Below are positions 1 through 9,672 of a stretch of DNA of 35,502 nt, one piece after another. Source of the DNA: a virus (taxonomy: Duplodnaviria; Caudoviricetes); IMG/VR virus record IMGVR_UViG_3300020045_007257, positions 1 through 35,502 of that record. The stretch is one strand, 5' to 3'. The notes under the pieces are model-generated. The model was not told where the DNA came from. It worked only from the letters and a program-made list of their open reading frames with translations, and searched no databases. Both the position numbers and the translations under genes were made by a program. Numbering within the stretch: the first letter of the stretch is position 1; every line of letters begins with the position of its first letter.

Positions 1-81
1 GAGAGATTCTTCTTCGGTTTCTACAGAGTCACCTAGAAGACTACGAACTTTCTTAGATTTTTGCATACCTTTAACCATTTC
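1..81 (-). repeat. Exact inverted copy of 740-820 (probable amplification/assembly chimera)
   Basis: 1-81 is the exact reverse complement of 740-820, which lies inside the scaffold gene; the match decays just after 81-86. Confidence 0.9.
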
Positions 82-181
82 AGCAATTTCAAATTCAATC
101 GTAGAGTCTCAGACAGCAGCTCCGGCCGATCCTGTTGAATCGGATATCGAAAACGTATCAACCGACATCCCTTCGGATCAA

Positions 182-949
182 ATGGGTTCACGCCTTGCGA
201 TTCTGGCCAGAAAAGAGAAGGCCATTAGGGAGCAGGGGTTAACTCACTCCCAGAAGCTTAAAGAACTTGAGGAGCGCGAAGCAAAGCTTTCTAAGTACAA
301 AGGCTTTGACGATGTTAATGATGACAACGCTATTGAGTTCCTTAAAGGCAAGGGCCTCTCACTTGAAAAGCTTCAAGAGAAGTGGCTCTCAACCCTTGAC
401 GATGATGATCTGGACCCGATTCAGAAACAAATCAAGGAATTAAAGCAGCAACTGGCATCAAAAGACGACGAGGTTAAGAAACTCTTGGACGATACCCTGA
501 GTAAGCGCGACCAAACCCAGAAAGAGCAAGAGATCGAGCGGGAATCTGAGTACTACAAAGTCGAATGTAAAAAGTTTCTAACTGAAAACGCTGAAAAATA
601 CGATTTAATTGCCAATTTCGACGCTTCTGATGAGGTTTTCAAGGTTATTAAGGATGTTTATCTGAAAACATCTGAATCAGGAAATCCGAAACTTCTCACG
701 TTTGACGAGGCTGCAGACCTATACGAAGGGAAGCTTGCAGAAATGGTTAAAGGTATGCAAAAATCTAAGAAAGTTCGTAGTCTTCTAGGTGACTCTGTAG
801 AAACCGAAGAAGAATCTCTCGCCAATATGTTCGGGCAACAAACAATCGACTCATCATTCTCTCAATCATCTTCGCATTCCGCTGAGCTAAAGACTCAAGA
901 GGAGCGCGATAGAGCTGCTGCAAAGCTGTTTGAAAGCATGAGGGGTTAA
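182..949 (+). CDS. Capsid scaffolding protein (probably 5'-truncated)
   Basis: Acidic, highly charged, coiled-coil-like protein immediately upstream of the major capsid gene. The frame stays open upstream of ATG 182 (SAISNSIVESQTAAPADPVESD...), so the true start was probably lost at the chimeric junction. Confidence 0.7.
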   Translation: MGSRLAILARKEKAIREQGLTHSQKLKELEEREAKLSKYKGFDDVNDDNAIEFLKGKGLSLEKLQEKWLSTLDDDDLDPIQKQIKELKQQLASKDDEVKKLLDDTLSKRDQTQKEQEIERESEYYKVECKKFLTENAEKYDLIANFDASDEVFKVIKDVYLKTSESGNPKLLTFDEAADLYEGKLAEMVKGMQKSKKVRSLLGDSVETEEESLANMFGQQTIDSSFSQSSSHSAELKTQEERDRAAAKLFESMRG

Positions 950-967
950 CCCATTTAAGAATTCATC

Positions 968-1049
968 CTCCATTAGTTCGGAGAAACGCTAGGTAAGAAA
1001 ACTTCAATGTTTTGTACTTAATTTTTTCACTTAACTAATGGAGTTTCTC
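968..1049 (+). promoter_or_regulatory. Structured leader of the capsid gene with an anti-Shine-Dalgarno helix
   Basis: CTCCATTAGTT (968-978) is the perfect complement of AACTAATGGAG (1033-1043, contains the SD). GAGAAAC (981-987) complements GTTTCTC (1043-1049). Confidence 0.55.
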
Positions 1050-1050
1050 A

Positions 1051-2262
1051 ATGACAGCTACTACGATCAACATGGCGGCAATCCTTAAAACGATCTACCC
1101 GTCTGGCCTTCCAAAAGACTTAACTTATAAAGACAATCCTCTTCTTGCATTAATGGCAAAGAAAGAAGATTTCTACGGTGACTTTGTAAAGGGTCCACTT
1201 AAGTACGCGCCGAACGCTGGACGTTCATCTACTTTCGCAAACGCTCAAGCGAACAACACTAACGTAAAAAACGTTGCTTTCCTTTATGACCGTGCAAGCG
1301 ATTACGCTATTGCTCGTATCAAAAACGAGGCAATCCTAGCTTCTAAAAACAACTCTGGTGCTTTTATTTCTATCCTTAAACAGGAAATGGAATCAGCTCA
1401 CCAGAACCTTGTAAACTCTGCAGCTCAAGCGATGTACGGAAACGAATCAGGCTCAATCGGAAAGATTGCAGCGACTACAACTATTGGTTCTGCAGTAATC
1501 ATCCTTGATAATCCTGGTGATGTTGTTTTCTACGAAGTTGGATACAAGCTTCAATTTTCAGCTACTGACGGTGCTGGTGCTGGTGTTAGAACTGGTACAT
1601 TAACAGTTAGTGGAATTGACCGCGAAGCTGGAACAGTTACTTGTTCAGGAAACATTACGGCCGGAGTAACGGCCGCTGCGGTTGGTGACTTTATCTTCAT
1701 CGATGGAGATTACGACGCTAAAATGAAAGGTCTTGGCGCTTGGAACCCTCAAGTTGCTCCAACTTCATCTCCTTTCTTCGGTGTAGACCGTACAGCGGAC
1801 ATCACTCGTCTTTCTGGATGGAGAGGTGATCTTTCTGCACTTCCAATCGAAGAAGCATTAATCCAAGGTGGGGCCAAGCTTTCTCGTGATGGCGGTAAAG
1901 TAAGTCACGTATTCATGGACTTCGACAAATACGCAGACCTTACTAAATCTCTTGGTTCTAAAGTTCAGTACGTGGACGTAATGGCCAAGGATGCAAACGT
2001 AGGTTTCCAAGGTGTGAAAGTTAACCTTGGTAAATCAATCGCAACTGTTATCCCTGACAGAAACTGCCCTGCTGGAACAATGAAAATGCTATCTCTTGAT
2101 TCATGGTTACTTCACTCGCTTGAAGGCATGCCAATGATTTTAGACATGGATGGATTGAAGCAGCTTCGCGTTTCTAACGAGGATGCTGTTGAAATTCGCG
2201 TTGGTTACTACGCTCAAATCTTCTGTAATGCTCCAGGGCACAACGGTACTTTCTTAATCTAG
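1051..2262 (+). CDS. Major capsid protein
   Basis: 403 aa, follows the scaffold, strong RBS, highly biased codon usage, capsid-like N-terminus (LKTIYP...KDNPLLALMAKKEDFYG), followed by a terminator. Confidence 0.85.
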   Translation: MTATTINMAAILKTIYPSGLPKDLTYKDNPLLALMAKKEDFYGDFVKGPLKYAPNAGRSSTFANAQANNTNVKNVAFLYDRASDYAIARIKNEAILASKNNSGAFISILKQEMESAHQNLVNSAAQAMYGNESGSIGKIAATTTIGSAVIILDNPGDVVFYEVGYKLQFSATDGAGAGVRTGTLTVSGIDREAGTVTCSGNITAGVTAAAVGDFIFIDGDYDAKMKGLGAWNPQVAPTSSPFFGVDRTADITRLSGWRGDLSALPIEEALIQGGAKLSRDGGKVSHVFMDFDKYADLTKSLGSKVQYVDVMAKDANVGFQGVKVNLGKSIATVIPDRNCPAGTMKMLSLDSWLLHSLEGMPMILDMDGLKQLRVSNEDAVEIRVGYYAQIFCNAPGHNGTFLI

Positions 2263-2270
2263 TTCTAATC

Positions 2271-2298
2271 GGGGAGGCTTCGGTCTCCCCTTAATTTT
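2271..2298 (+). terminator. Rho-independent terminator after the capsid gene
   Basis: GGGGAGGC-TTCG-GTCTCCCC hairpin (UUCG loop) followed by TTAATTTT. Confidence 0.85.
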
Positions 2299-2353
2299 GA
2301 CTCGGCAATTTAATCCGAGATAGGGGCCCCACCCTAAAACTAAGGAGTTTCAA

Positions 2354-2719
2354 ATGGCCGCTCGTTATTTCACACAATTCTTCTACTCTTTCTTTAAAAA
2401 ACCCGTTCTCCTGGCCGGACCAATCTCGCTGAATGCTTCTGCTGCTGTAGTGTCTTTCGACATTAAAGGTGTGGCTTCAGTTGTTAAGTCCGGAACAGGT
2501 ACTTACCTCGTAACACTTCAAGACAAGTATTACTCAATTGTTTCTCCATCGGCTTCAGTGGTTGACTCCGCTCAAGATGTTGAAGTGGTTTACTCTGCGA
2601 TCAATTTGACTGCAAAGACATTCACAATCACAACTAAGGTTGCTGGAGCTGCTGCAAACATCTCTGATGCTTGCGTAGTTTACTTGAACATCGTTTTCAA
2701 TGATTCATCAGCAAACTAA
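2354..2719 (+). CDS. Putative minor head/decoration protein
   Basis: 121 aa, beta-rich and Ala/Val/Thr/Ser-rich, strong RBS (AAGGAG), directly after the capsid gene. Confidence 0.5.
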   Translation: MAARYFTQFFYSFFKKPVLLAGPISLNASAAVVSFDIKGVASVVKSGTGTYLVTLQDKYYSIVSPSASVVDSAQDVEVVYSAINLTAKTFTITTKVAGAAANISDACVVYLNIVFNDSSAN

Positions 2720-2730
2720 GGAGCGTTTAT

Positions 2731-2970
2731 ATGCTCTCAATGATTGGACCTAACAAGAAAATCGGCGGCATTGCAGATAAAATTGTTGAATCTTTTGTTA
2801 ATGGAAAGAAAGAAAGCTCTACCGAGAAAAAAGGATACAGCGAAAGTTGTGTCATGGCGGCAAACGAGCTTATTTCTGCCATTGAATCAAAGGATGCCAA
2901 CAGGGTTATCTCGGCATTCGTTGCCTTGAACCTAGAAGCTGAACCTTACCTAGTATCAGAAGAGGAATAG
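2731..2970 (+). CDS. Hypothetical protein, head module
   Basis: RBS AAGGAG; tightly packed in the operon. Confidence 0.55.
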   Translation: MLSMIGPNKKIGGIADKIVESFVNGKKESSTEKKGYSESCVMAANELISAIESKDANRVISAFVALNLEAEPYLVSEEE

Positions 2971-2971
2971 T

Positions 2972-3640
2972 ATGGCCTCATTTACCTTGGCGCAGTTGAA
3001 ATTAAGAGCACGAGAGCGTGGTGACATGGTTAACAGCCGCTTCATCTCGGACACTGAGCTTAATTCTTATATCAATGCCTCGGTATCGGAGCTTTATGAC
3101 CTTTTGATCGCTTCTCGTGGCGAAAACTATTACATTTCAAGCCATCCAATCACCACTTCCGGCGGCGATGATAGTTATCCATTGCCGGATGATTTTCTAA
3201 AGCTAATGGGAGTGGACTGGATTCTTGCAAATGGCTCATCTTGCGACATGAAGGAATTTCAGTGGAAAGAAAGGAATCTTTATACTGATCCAGCATGGTT
3301 TAATGGCAACTTCGGGAACTCTAGATATCAACTAAGGGGTGATAACATCACCTTGTCGCCGACACCGACTAATTCACAGCAAATCAAACTCTGGTACATT
3401 CCAAAACCGCTCACACTTGCCAACGACGCTGATGTGTTCAACGGCATTAACGGATGGGAAGAATACGTAGTGATTGATGCTGCAATTAAGATGCGAGTCA
3501 AGGAAGAGTCGCCGGTGAAGGACCTACAGGAAGCTAAGGAAGAAATGAAGAGAAGGATTCTTCAAGCTTCTACTGGACGTGATTCATCTGAGCCACCGAG
3601 AGTGCAAGATGTAGGAGAGAGAGGGTATCCATGGAGATAA
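2972..3640 (+). CDS. Head-tail adaptor (T7 gp11/P22 gp4-like position)
   Basis: 222 aa, starts TLAQLKLRARERGDM...SDTELNSYIN and has a WYIPKP motif typical of podovirus adaptors; synteny. Confidence 0.7.
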   Translation: MASFTLAQLKLRARERGDMVNSRFISDTELNSYINASVSELYDLLIASRGENYYISSHPITTSGGDDSYPLPDDFLKLMGVDWILANGSSCDMKEFQWKERNLYTDPAWFNGNFGNSRYQLRGDNITLSPTPTNSQQIKLWYIPKPLTLANDADVFNGINGWEEYVVIDAAIKMRVKEESPVKDLQEAKEEMKRRILQASTGRDSSEPPRVQDVGERGYPWR

Positions 3641-3930
3641 AACCTCTTAAGACATTCCAGACAACTGATTACGAGCTTTCGAAATTTCAAGGCTACGTGA
3701 AAGAGTTCATTTCTCAGATATCAGGAAATCAATTTTTGATAGGGCAGGAGTTCTCTGTAGCTCTAACCACGTCCGGCAAGTCTATTGAACATAAGTTAGG
3801 CAGAGTTCCTACTGGCTGGATCGTAACTGATACCGATGCAAACGCTACCATCTGGAGAACAGGGTGGAGTGCTGAAACCATTTCATTCGACGCCTCTGCT
3901 ACTGTAAACGCTAAAATATGGGTGTTCTAA
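3631..3930 (+). CDS. Small virion protein
   Basis: 99 aa with an IEHKLGRVPTGWIV motif common in small tail/neck proteins; coupled to both neighbours. Confidence 0.55.
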   Translation: MEIKPLKTFQTTDYELSKFQGYVKEFISQISGNQFLIGQEFSVALTTSGKSIEHKLGRVPTGWIVTDTDANATIWRTGWSAETISFDASATVNAKIWVF

Positions 3931-6900
3931 ATGTCACTTCAGAAGATAAATGTTTCGATTCCCGTAACTAACGGTCTTGATACCAAGACTGATTCCAAGC
4001 AAGTTATGGCCGGAAACGCCTTGGTCCTTGAGAATGCAAGATTCCAAAAAACAGGAAAGCTATCTAAGAGATTTGGATTAATTCCTAAAACTGTTTCAAC
4101 TAGTTCAGGTCCTGATCTGGACGACACTACCCCGTTCGCAGTAGTCCCAGTCAAAAACTCATTAAGCACAATTACTAACAGTGGAACTTATTCGTACTTT
4201 TCCGGCCAAGACAAATGGGTCAAGGTTTCAGAGTTTTCAAAATCTGTTACTTCAAATATTAAGACAATTCAAAAAACTGGCGGCGATCATCTTGCTCCTG
4301 ATTACGACAGAGATCCAGTTAGTGGGCTAGAGGTTTTCTCCTCGTCTAGGTATAGCGCAGTTTCAGAATTTGATAGAGGGGCTTCAATATCTGTCAGAGA
4401 CGAGTCCACGAATTCCGTAATTACGAAACATATTCAATTCTTTACCTTGAACCCAACGTTTATACAAACAAGGGTCTCGATCATTAATGATAGCGGGGTC
4501 GTTAGAATTATTCTCGCATACAGTTTTTCGACAGGTGTAACAGTTATAAGTTACGACCAATTCCTAAACGAGATAAGCACCAATTCACTGATTCCAGGTT
4601 TAGGAACCGGGAACAACTGGGCAATTGATATTGTAAAAGACGGATCTTATTTCTATGTGGGGTGTGCGAGAAGTACAACCTTGAGCTTCTTTAAACTTAA
4701 CCCAAACGGGACTACTGCATCAACGGCAACAATAGTATTAGCAAATGCCTTACTTCAAGACGGGTTATTCCCTTGTGGGTTTTGCCTATGTATTGATTCT
4801 TCAATAATTCACATGGCCTATTGTGCTGATGGTATTACCGATGGGCGATTTATAGCTATTGGATACGACAAGACATTTACTCAAGCTATAACTCCGCTAA
4901 TAACAACCGATAGAACGGATAAAATCGGACTGGTTTCAGATGGAACCAACTTGTATGCATCATCCAGTTATAGCGTATACACTGACCAATCAAGCTCATT
5001 CCACAATTTCTACAAATTAAACATCTCGACTTCGTACACGATGGATCCGCTTTCGTTTGAATTTAGAAGATTGTCGGTTATTTCCAAGCCGTTCATAAAC
5101 GGGGGCCATGTTTACGCTATCTGTATCAATACAGAGACGCTAAACAAGAGCGCCTATATCTTAGAATTCAACAAAAGAAAGATTGATGCTCATTTTTTAA
5201 CAGCATCAATACCTGTTGACCCTACGGTGGTGGTAATTACCCCGCCAGTCCCAACTCATTATAGCTGCTCAAGCTCGGTATATTCTGATTCTTTTTTAAG
5301 GACTGCAGTATCCAGAGAGTTTGACACATCTACTTACAATTACGTAGAAAACGAATTCCAGGCAACGATAGAATGCTCCTCTGTGACTCTAGGATTTGAC
5401 GAAATGTCTTATTCTAGACAAACAGTCGAAAACTCTTCATACATCGCATCTGGGCTTTTAGTGGAAGCATCGGGTTCAAATATCCACGAAAATAATTTCT
5501 TGTTCACTCCAATGATAACAAGCATTCAAGTGGGTACAGTTGGAACGGCAAACCCTGCTGTGGCAAGCAAGACATTTAGCTATGTTGTTATGTACGAGTT
5601 CTTTGACACTAACGGGACCTTGACAATGTCTACGCCGTCGCTACCTAAGTCGGTAACGACTGGAGCTAATGCGGTTAAGTTAATAGTAGAATTCGTCATG
5701 CCTCCTGGTACGTACAAATTCAGAGACGAGTTCTCAATGAGGGCAGTTCTTTTTAGAACGGAAACACTTGGTTCGGTTCATTACAGAGTTAAAACTAGTC
5801 CCATGAGGCTTAATGATGGATCCCTTAATGGGTTCGAAGACACTCTAAGCGATGCCGATCTAATCAATAACGAAAGGTTATACACTACAGGTGGGGTACT
5901 GCCGAATGATCCTGCTCCGCTCTGCAGATTCTCTACATCTGGTGGAAACAGGTTATTCTTAGGCGGATTAGAGAATAGAGATGAGATAGCTTATTCGAAA
6001 AAACAATTAGCCGGTGAGAGTGTTAACTTTAACGGCAACTTTCGAATCAGGATTTCAACCGCTCAAAATGCTGACTCCTCTGACATGTCTGGGCTCGGAT
6101 ACCTTGACGGAAAAATCATTATCTTTAGAGAGCAGTCGATTTACTACATATCTGGAGATGGGCCACTTGAAACTGGCCTCCAGGACTCTTTCACTGAGCC
6201 TGAAGGCATTGCTACAGACGTTGGATGCGTAGACCCTCGTAGCGTTCTAAGTACTCCTGCCGGAATCATGTTTAAATCACGAAAGGGAATCTATCTTTTA
6301 GACAGGGCCCTTCAGGTTTCATATCGCGGAAAAGAAGTTGAAGATTTCAACAGTGAGAGAATTAAAGCATCTATCCTTTCTGACAAATACAATGAAGCTA
6401 GATTTTATACCGATGCTGGTAACTGTCTGGTGTTTAACTACTTATTCGAAACGTGGTCAGTATTTAAAAACCAAACGATGGTTGATGCAGACACATGGCA
6501 AGGTTCTCCGGTTTCAATTTTGAACAATTCGGTACTCCAAGAAACGGAAGACACCTTTGAAGATAACTCACTCCCATATTCCATGAGGTTCACATCTCCA
6601 TGGCTTAAGATCTCGGACGTTCAAGGATATCAGAGATGTTATCAGATATGGATCATTGGAGAGTTCAAATCGCTTCATACGCTTAAATGTAAAATCTTTA
6701 CAGACTACAATGATTCAGTTTCTGAAGACTATGACCTTATTTATGACGGGACAGATGGAAATCAATACCAGTTCTCTGTAAGCATCCCGAATCAAAAAGT
6801 GGAATCAATCAAGTTTGAAATCTACGACACTGATCAGTCTGGCACTTGCGAATCGTTTAGCCTTTCAAATCTTCAGGCCGAAATCGGCATCAAGGCAGGA

Positions 6901-6933
6901 GGGTATAAGCTTGCAGCAACCAAGTCTTACTAA
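3931..6933 (+). CDS. Tail nozzle / tail tubular protein B-like (T7 gp12/P22 gp10-like)
   Basis: 1000 aa, beta-propeller-like composition. N-terminal GLDTKTD...LENARF..GKLSKRFG and C-terminal NRLFLGG, IIIFREQSIYYISG and DVGCVDPRS motifs; synteny. Confidence 0.75.
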   Translation: MSLQKINVSIPVTNGLDTKTDSKQVMAGNALVLENARFQKTGKLSKRFGLIPKTVSTSSGPDLDDTTPFAVVPVKNSLSTITNSGTYSYFSGQDKWVKVSEFSKSVTSNIKTIQKTGGDHLAPDYDRDPVSGLEVFSSSRYSAVSEFDRGASISVRDESTNSVITKHIQFFTLNPTFIQTRVSIINDSGVVRIILAYSFSTGVTVISYDQFLNEISTNSLIPGLGTGNNWAIDIVKDGSYFYVGCARSTTLSFFKLNPNGTTASTATIVLANALLQDGLFPCGFCLCIDSSIIHMAYCADGITDGRFIAIGYDKTFTQAITPLITTDRTDKIGLVSDGTNLYASSSYSVYTDQSSSFHNFYKLNISTSYTMDPLSFEFRRLSVISKPFINGGHVYAICINTETLNKSAYILEFNKRKIDAHFLTASIPVDPTVVVITPPVPTHYSCSSSVYSDSFLRTAVSREFDTSTYNYVENEFQATIECSSVTLGFDEMSYSRQTVENSSYIASGLLVEASGSNIHENNFLFTPMITSIQVGTVGTANPAVASKTFSYVVMYEFFDTNGTLTMSTPSLPKSVTTGANAVKLIVEFVMPPGTYKFRDEFSMRAVLFRTETLGSVHYRVKTSPMRLNDGSLNGFEDTLSDADLINNERLYTTGGVLPNDPAPLCRFSTSGGNRLFLGGLENRDEIAYSKKQLAGESVNFNGNFRIRISTAQNADSSDMSGLGYLDGKIIIFREQSIYYISGDGPLETGLQDSFTEPEGIATDVGCVDPRSVLSTPAGIMFKSRKGIYLLDRALQVSYRGKEVEDFNSERIKASILSDKYNEARFYTDAGNCLVFNYLFETWSVFKNQTMVDADTWQGSPVSILNNSVLQETEDTFEDNSLPYSMRFTSPWLKISDVQGYQRCYQIWIIGEFKSLHTLKCKIFTDYNDSVSEDYDLIYDGTDGNQYQFSVSIPNQKVESIKFEIYDTDQSGTCESFSLSNLQAEIGIKAGGYKLAATKSY

Positions 6934-7252
6934 GTACGCTAGCTATATTAAAGAAGCTTTTGACGAGGAACTCATTGAACATGAGCACGGCTTTATCACG
7001 TACTGCTTTAAGGATGAAGGTATTTTTATTAGCAATATTTGGGTTGATCCAGAGTTTAGGAATACTCATATCGCAATTAATCTGGCCAAAAAGGTAGAAG
7101 AAATCGGGAAGAATTCTGGATGTAAAAACCTTTTATCCACTGTCTGTAAAGACATTAAACATTTCGAGGCATCCATGTCTGCAAATCTGAAATTCGGATT
7201 AACTGTAAGTCATGAAGATGAAGACAATTATTACTTAATTAAGGAGATCTAG
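6911..7252 (+). CDS. GNAT-fold acetyltransferase-like protein in the virion module
   Basis: Motif-A-like ISNIWVDPEFRNTHIA. Start revised to TTG 6911, which has AGGAGG 8 nt upstream. Position between nozzle and ejection genes matches T7 gp13. Confidence 0.7.
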   Translation: MQQPSLTKYASYIKEAFDEELIEHEHGFITYCFKDEGIFISNIWVDPEFRNTHIAINLAKKVEEIGKNSGCKNLLSTVCKDIKHFEASMSANLKFGLTVSHEDEDNYYLIKEI

Positions 7253-7253
7253 C

Positions 7254-8342
7254 TTGAGCAAGAAAACAAAATGGAAAAGTGTTGCGATGGGTGGATGGGA
7301 TAACCCTAAATCTCTAAAGAGTATTGGAACGCTTGGGTTTAATCAATATGACTTAACTGGAGGATCTGCCGCAAAGAAAGGGCAGGCATATAAGGCCAAA
7401 GGAACGGCACAACCAAGCGGTGGAGCAGGTGGCACTGATCCAAATCAGAACAATTCGGCAGGAGTAACTGATCAACAGGCAGGAACTACCGATACAACTG
7501 GTGCCAATGGTGAAATGATAGCTCAACCAACAGATCAAGAGAAGCAGGCCGCAGTTATCGCGAGTGATCCGAATCCTGTTCTTCCAGTTGCGGAAGCTCC
7601 TAAGTATGTAATCCCTAGGAACATTAAAGAAGCTCAAGCGCAAGTAATCCAGAGGCAGAACGAAATCGCTACCGGAAGAAACTCAATCTCTGACCTTCAG
7701 TTCAGAAGAGCAATGGATGACCTAGCGAAATCACAAAGCTCTGCCGCCGCTTCTGCTCGAGGCGTATCAAATCAAGGATTATTAAATAGGAATATAGCCC
7801 AATCAACTCACCAGATGGGTCTAGATATGGCCAGAGAATCAGCTTCTGCGAAACTCGCGGAAATGAGAGGAGCAGACGAACTACTTGCCGCTCAGGCCGC
7901 TGCTGCAAATGGTGTTTCTCTACAGAGGTCACTGGCAGATCAAGCTGCTGCTACCGCCAAGCGTGGTCAAGATATGCAGATGATGGGGAATATGGCATCG
8001 TCCGCTGCTACTATTGCCTCATCTTCTGATGAAAACTCAAAAACAAATATCAAGGAAGTTAAAGGAGAATCTACGAAGTCAGTAACTGAATTCATGGATG
8101 CTCTTAAGTCTTATGTTTACGAATACAAAAAAGATTCTAAGCAACCAGGCGGTAAACCAAACCCTGAAGGAAAAGTTAAAAGCGTAATGGCACAAGACCT
8201 GGAAAAGTCAGATATTGGAAAACAAATGGTGACGGATACACCAAACGGCAAAGTGGTTGACTACGCTCAAGGCATGGCACCTTTATTCGCCGCTATCGCA
8301 GAACTAAACGAAAGAACCAAACACTTAGGCAAAGGAAAATAA
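7254..8342 (+). CDS. Putative ejection/pilot protein with a C-terminal peptidase S74 (intramolecular chaperone)-like domain
   Basis: Ala/Gln/Gly-rich helical body. C-terminus SSDENSKTNIK...YEYK...VMAQDLE...VDY...LFAAIAELNER matches the S74 pattern (SD.R.K.NI, G.IAQE, VDY, coiled coil). Confidence 0.7.
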   Translation: MSKKTKWKSVAMGGWDNPKSLKSIGTLGFNQYDLTGGSAAKKGQAYKAKGTAQPSGGAGGTDPNQNNSAGVTDQQAGTTDTTGANGEMIAQPTDQEKQAAVIASDPNPVLPVAEAPKYVIPRNIKEAQAQVIQRQNEIATGRNSISDLQFRRAMDDLAKSQSSAAASARGVSNQGLLNRNIAQSTHQMGLDMARESASAKLAEMRGADELLAAQAAAANGVSLQRSLADQAAATAKRGQDMQMMGNMASSAATIASSSDENSKTNIKEVKGESTKSVTEFMDALKSYVYEYKKDSKQPGGKPNPEGKVKSVMAQDLEKSDIGKQMVTDTPNGKVVDYAQGMAPLFAAIAELNERTKHLGKGK

Positions 8343-8343
8343 T

Positions 8344-9672
8344 ATGGCAGACCCAACTCAGGCCAATAGGTCGGCACTTGCTTCGATCATTCCTAAGGGC
8401 ACACCAATTGGTCAATCAATTGCAGCTCAAGAAGCAAGAGCACAAGAGCAGTTAGCGATTGATGAGGCCAATAATCTTGTTATGCAACGTGATCCCGTTT
8501 CTTTACCAGAAGAAGCCTTGAACGTTGTTGACCCAATCATTCCTGAACCTCAGGTTCAAGAAGCTCAACTTCAAATCTCTAAGCCGGCCTCCCAAGGTCC
8601 GAGTCCTGCGTCTGTTTCTTCTAGTCTTCCAGGACAGGTTAAACCTCAAGGTACTGCCGAAATGGAGGCCATTGTTAACAAGCAAGAAGAAGGCGCAGAC
8701 AGGCTAATCTCTGAAGCTGACAAGTTTCACAAACAGGCCGAAGATGATGCCCGGGCAAAAGTTGCTAGGACAGAAGAGGCAATCGCACGAACTAAAAAAG
8801 TGGTTGATGAAGACTATCAAAAAGTTAAAGACTTCAAATTCGATGATAGGTCAGTTTTTAGCAAAGCTTCGACCGGCCAAAAGATTGGACTTATGCTTGG
8901 AGCTTTCTTTTCGTCACTAAGTCCAGATAGTGCCAAGTCTTTCCGTGACGGTGTTCAAAACTCTGTTGATAGAGATATCGATGCTCAGAAACAAGAGTTA
9001 CTAACTCGTAAAGAGAAACTTGGATCGAGTCAAACAGAACTCGGGAAGTTAACCGCAAGACTTGAAGGTAATGTCGATGCTGCAAGTGACGTACTTAAAA
9101 GCCGTATTTATCACGGAATCGCTTTAAAAGCTCAAATCCAAGAACAGACAGCCAAATCCAGGCTCGTAGTTGAAAACGCCAAGGCTGCCAGAACAGAGGC
9201 CTATAACGCCGCTTTAATGCATCAACAGCAAGCAGCTGCCAAGATGGCCGAAAAATCTTCGAAGTCTGCTGTTCCTGGTTGGAATGGAGAGATTCCAGAT
9301 GCTACAGATCGCAGAAACTTTAAGGCCGTGGATCAGTCAGGGCGACTCATTAAGCAACAGATTCAGCAGTTGAGAAAAATAACAGCTCAAAATGGAAAAT
9401 CTCTTAGCCCTACGGCCAGAGCAGATGCAGAAGTTGCAGTCGGGGCCATCACTTCTCAGTTGAAGGGCCTTGAAACTCTAGGTACGCTGGACAAGGGTGT
9501 TCAGGATTTAGTGAAGATGTATGTAGGAAATCCTACGGATGTTATGTCTCTGGATAAGAAGACACTCGCTAAGCTTAACGCCTTTGAAAAATACATTGAT
9601 AATCGCGTAAGTGCTGCTGCTCAAAGCAATGGTGTTACAAGAGTAAATAGCGAAATAGGAAGAGTGAAATGA
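8344..9672 (+). CDS. Putative DNA ejection (internal virion) protein
   Basis: 442 aa, Ala/Gln/Lys-rich, helical, one short hydrophobic stretch (IGLMLGAFFSSL); position typical of podovirus ejectosome genes. Confidence 0.55.
   Translation: MADPTQANRSALASIIPKGTPIGQSIAAQEARAQEQLAIDEANNLVMQRDPVSLPEEALNVVDPIIPEPQVQEAQLQISKPASQGPSPASVSSSLPGQVKPQGTAEMEAIVNKQEEGADRLISEADKFHKQAEDDARAKVARTEEAIARTKKVVDEDYQKVKDFKFDDRSVFSKASTGQKIGLMLGAFFSSLSPDSAKSFRDGVQNSVDRDIDAQKQELLTRKEKLGSSQTELGKLTARLEGNVDAASDVLKSRIYHGIALKAQIQEQTAKSRLVVENAKAARTEAYNAALMHQQQAAAKMAEKSSKSAVPGWNGEIPDATDRRNFKAVDQSGRLIKQQIQQLRKITAQNGKSLSPTARADAEVAVGAITSQLKGLETLGTLDKGVQDLVKMYVGNPTDVMSLDKKTLAKLNAFEKYIDNRVSAAAQSNGVTRVNSEIGRVK

Noticed and set aside
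1-820. 81-bp inverted repeat as the terminal repeats of an invertible or mobile element
   Set aside because: One copy is ordinary scaffold coding sequence and the other truncates the same gene at the contig edge; this fits a fold-back chimera better.
1033-2724. AACTAA(T)GGAG repeated before three consecutive head genes as a regulatory box
   Set aside because: Largely explained by a strong Shine-Dalgarno sequence, and in one case by a stop codon plus SD.
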